Assembly: GCA_002633005.1 (NCBI GenBank)
Contig: NMRA01000584.1
Span: 192,495 to 256,494, forward strand
Length of the DNA stretch: 64,000 nucleotides
From: Phoronis australis
Lineage: Eukaryota; Animalia; Phoronida
Reading direction: 5' to 3'
A program made the translations under genes and the position numbers. A model generated the notes under the pieces. That model saw only the letters and a program-made list of their open reading frames with translations. It was not told where the DNA came from and did not search any database. Of the stretch, positions 63,501-64,000 are shown one piece after another. How positions within the stretch are numbered: the stretch's first letter is position 1; every line of letters begins with the position of its first letter.

Positions 63501-64000
63501 GAGTCAACATGACAATTTAAAAAATTACTTTTCTAAGTAATCGGGTCATCCAATCAGGTGAAATAGGTCAAAGGTCATTAGGTGCAAACTAAAATTTTGA
63601 GCTAGACACTTCAAATTGACAGGTCTGATTGCCACCGGTAAATCAAATCGGAATCCAAAGTTTCAGGTCATTTAGTGCAAACATGGGGTCATTAGGTGCA
63701 TTTTTCTTCTGAAAATTTGACCTATTCAATCAGCAAGTATTCTGACGTGTCACCCGTCAGATAACTGTGATTCTCAGCATTATACACATTTTTCATGGGC
63801 TTTGCATTAATTCTCCTAAAGATGCTTGTAACTCACCGAATAAGGTCAATTAGTGCAAAGGTCATGTAAGGTTCAAAATGTTATATCTCTTACGTTTTTC
63901 AAGGAATTCTTATCAATTTCAGCACACTTGGGTAAGTCAACATGCCAATTGAATACCACACTTTACTTCGCAATAGGCCTAACAATCAGTTGGAATAGGT
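60581..64000 (+). mobile_element. HINE-like family 2: head-to-tail array of ~1.2-1.3 kb units (at least 3, runs off the window)
   Basis: 5' TACTCTGCGC-GTGTAA-GCGCAGAGTA stem-loop, (TTCTTA)n tract, internal subrepeats; 3' subTIR ACGCGCAGAGT, TTATTGTCA/TGACAATAA hairpin and CTAG ending at 61873 and 63067. Confidence 0.85.

Overview
AT-rich eukaryotic genomic DNA from a bilaterian, probably a marine invertebrate, with one assembly gap (25575-26443). I can model two complete intron-rich genes that converge tail-to-tail. The + strand gene is a secreted EMI(CROPT) + 4xFAS1 protein of the TGFBI/periostin family (13 coding exons, 17380-39171, ~649 aa). The - strand gene is a USP35/USP38-type deubiquitinase (8 coding exons, 51674-39928, ~1005 aa). 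The last three small exons of an unidentified + strand gene lie at 227-3740. The rest is dense with transposon relics: a decayed Gmr1-like Gypsy element, a Bel/Pao gag fragment, RTEX-like LINE fragments, tRNA-derived SINEs, Kolobok-type TTAA elements and many MITEs. Two families of non-autonomous Helentron (HINE-like) elements stand out. One carries periodic CTCF-consensus motifs. The other forms a head-to-tail concatemer carrying perfect DR1 nuclear-receptor motifs. No CRISPR, rRNA or intact tRNA was found. All calls were made by eye, without database searches.
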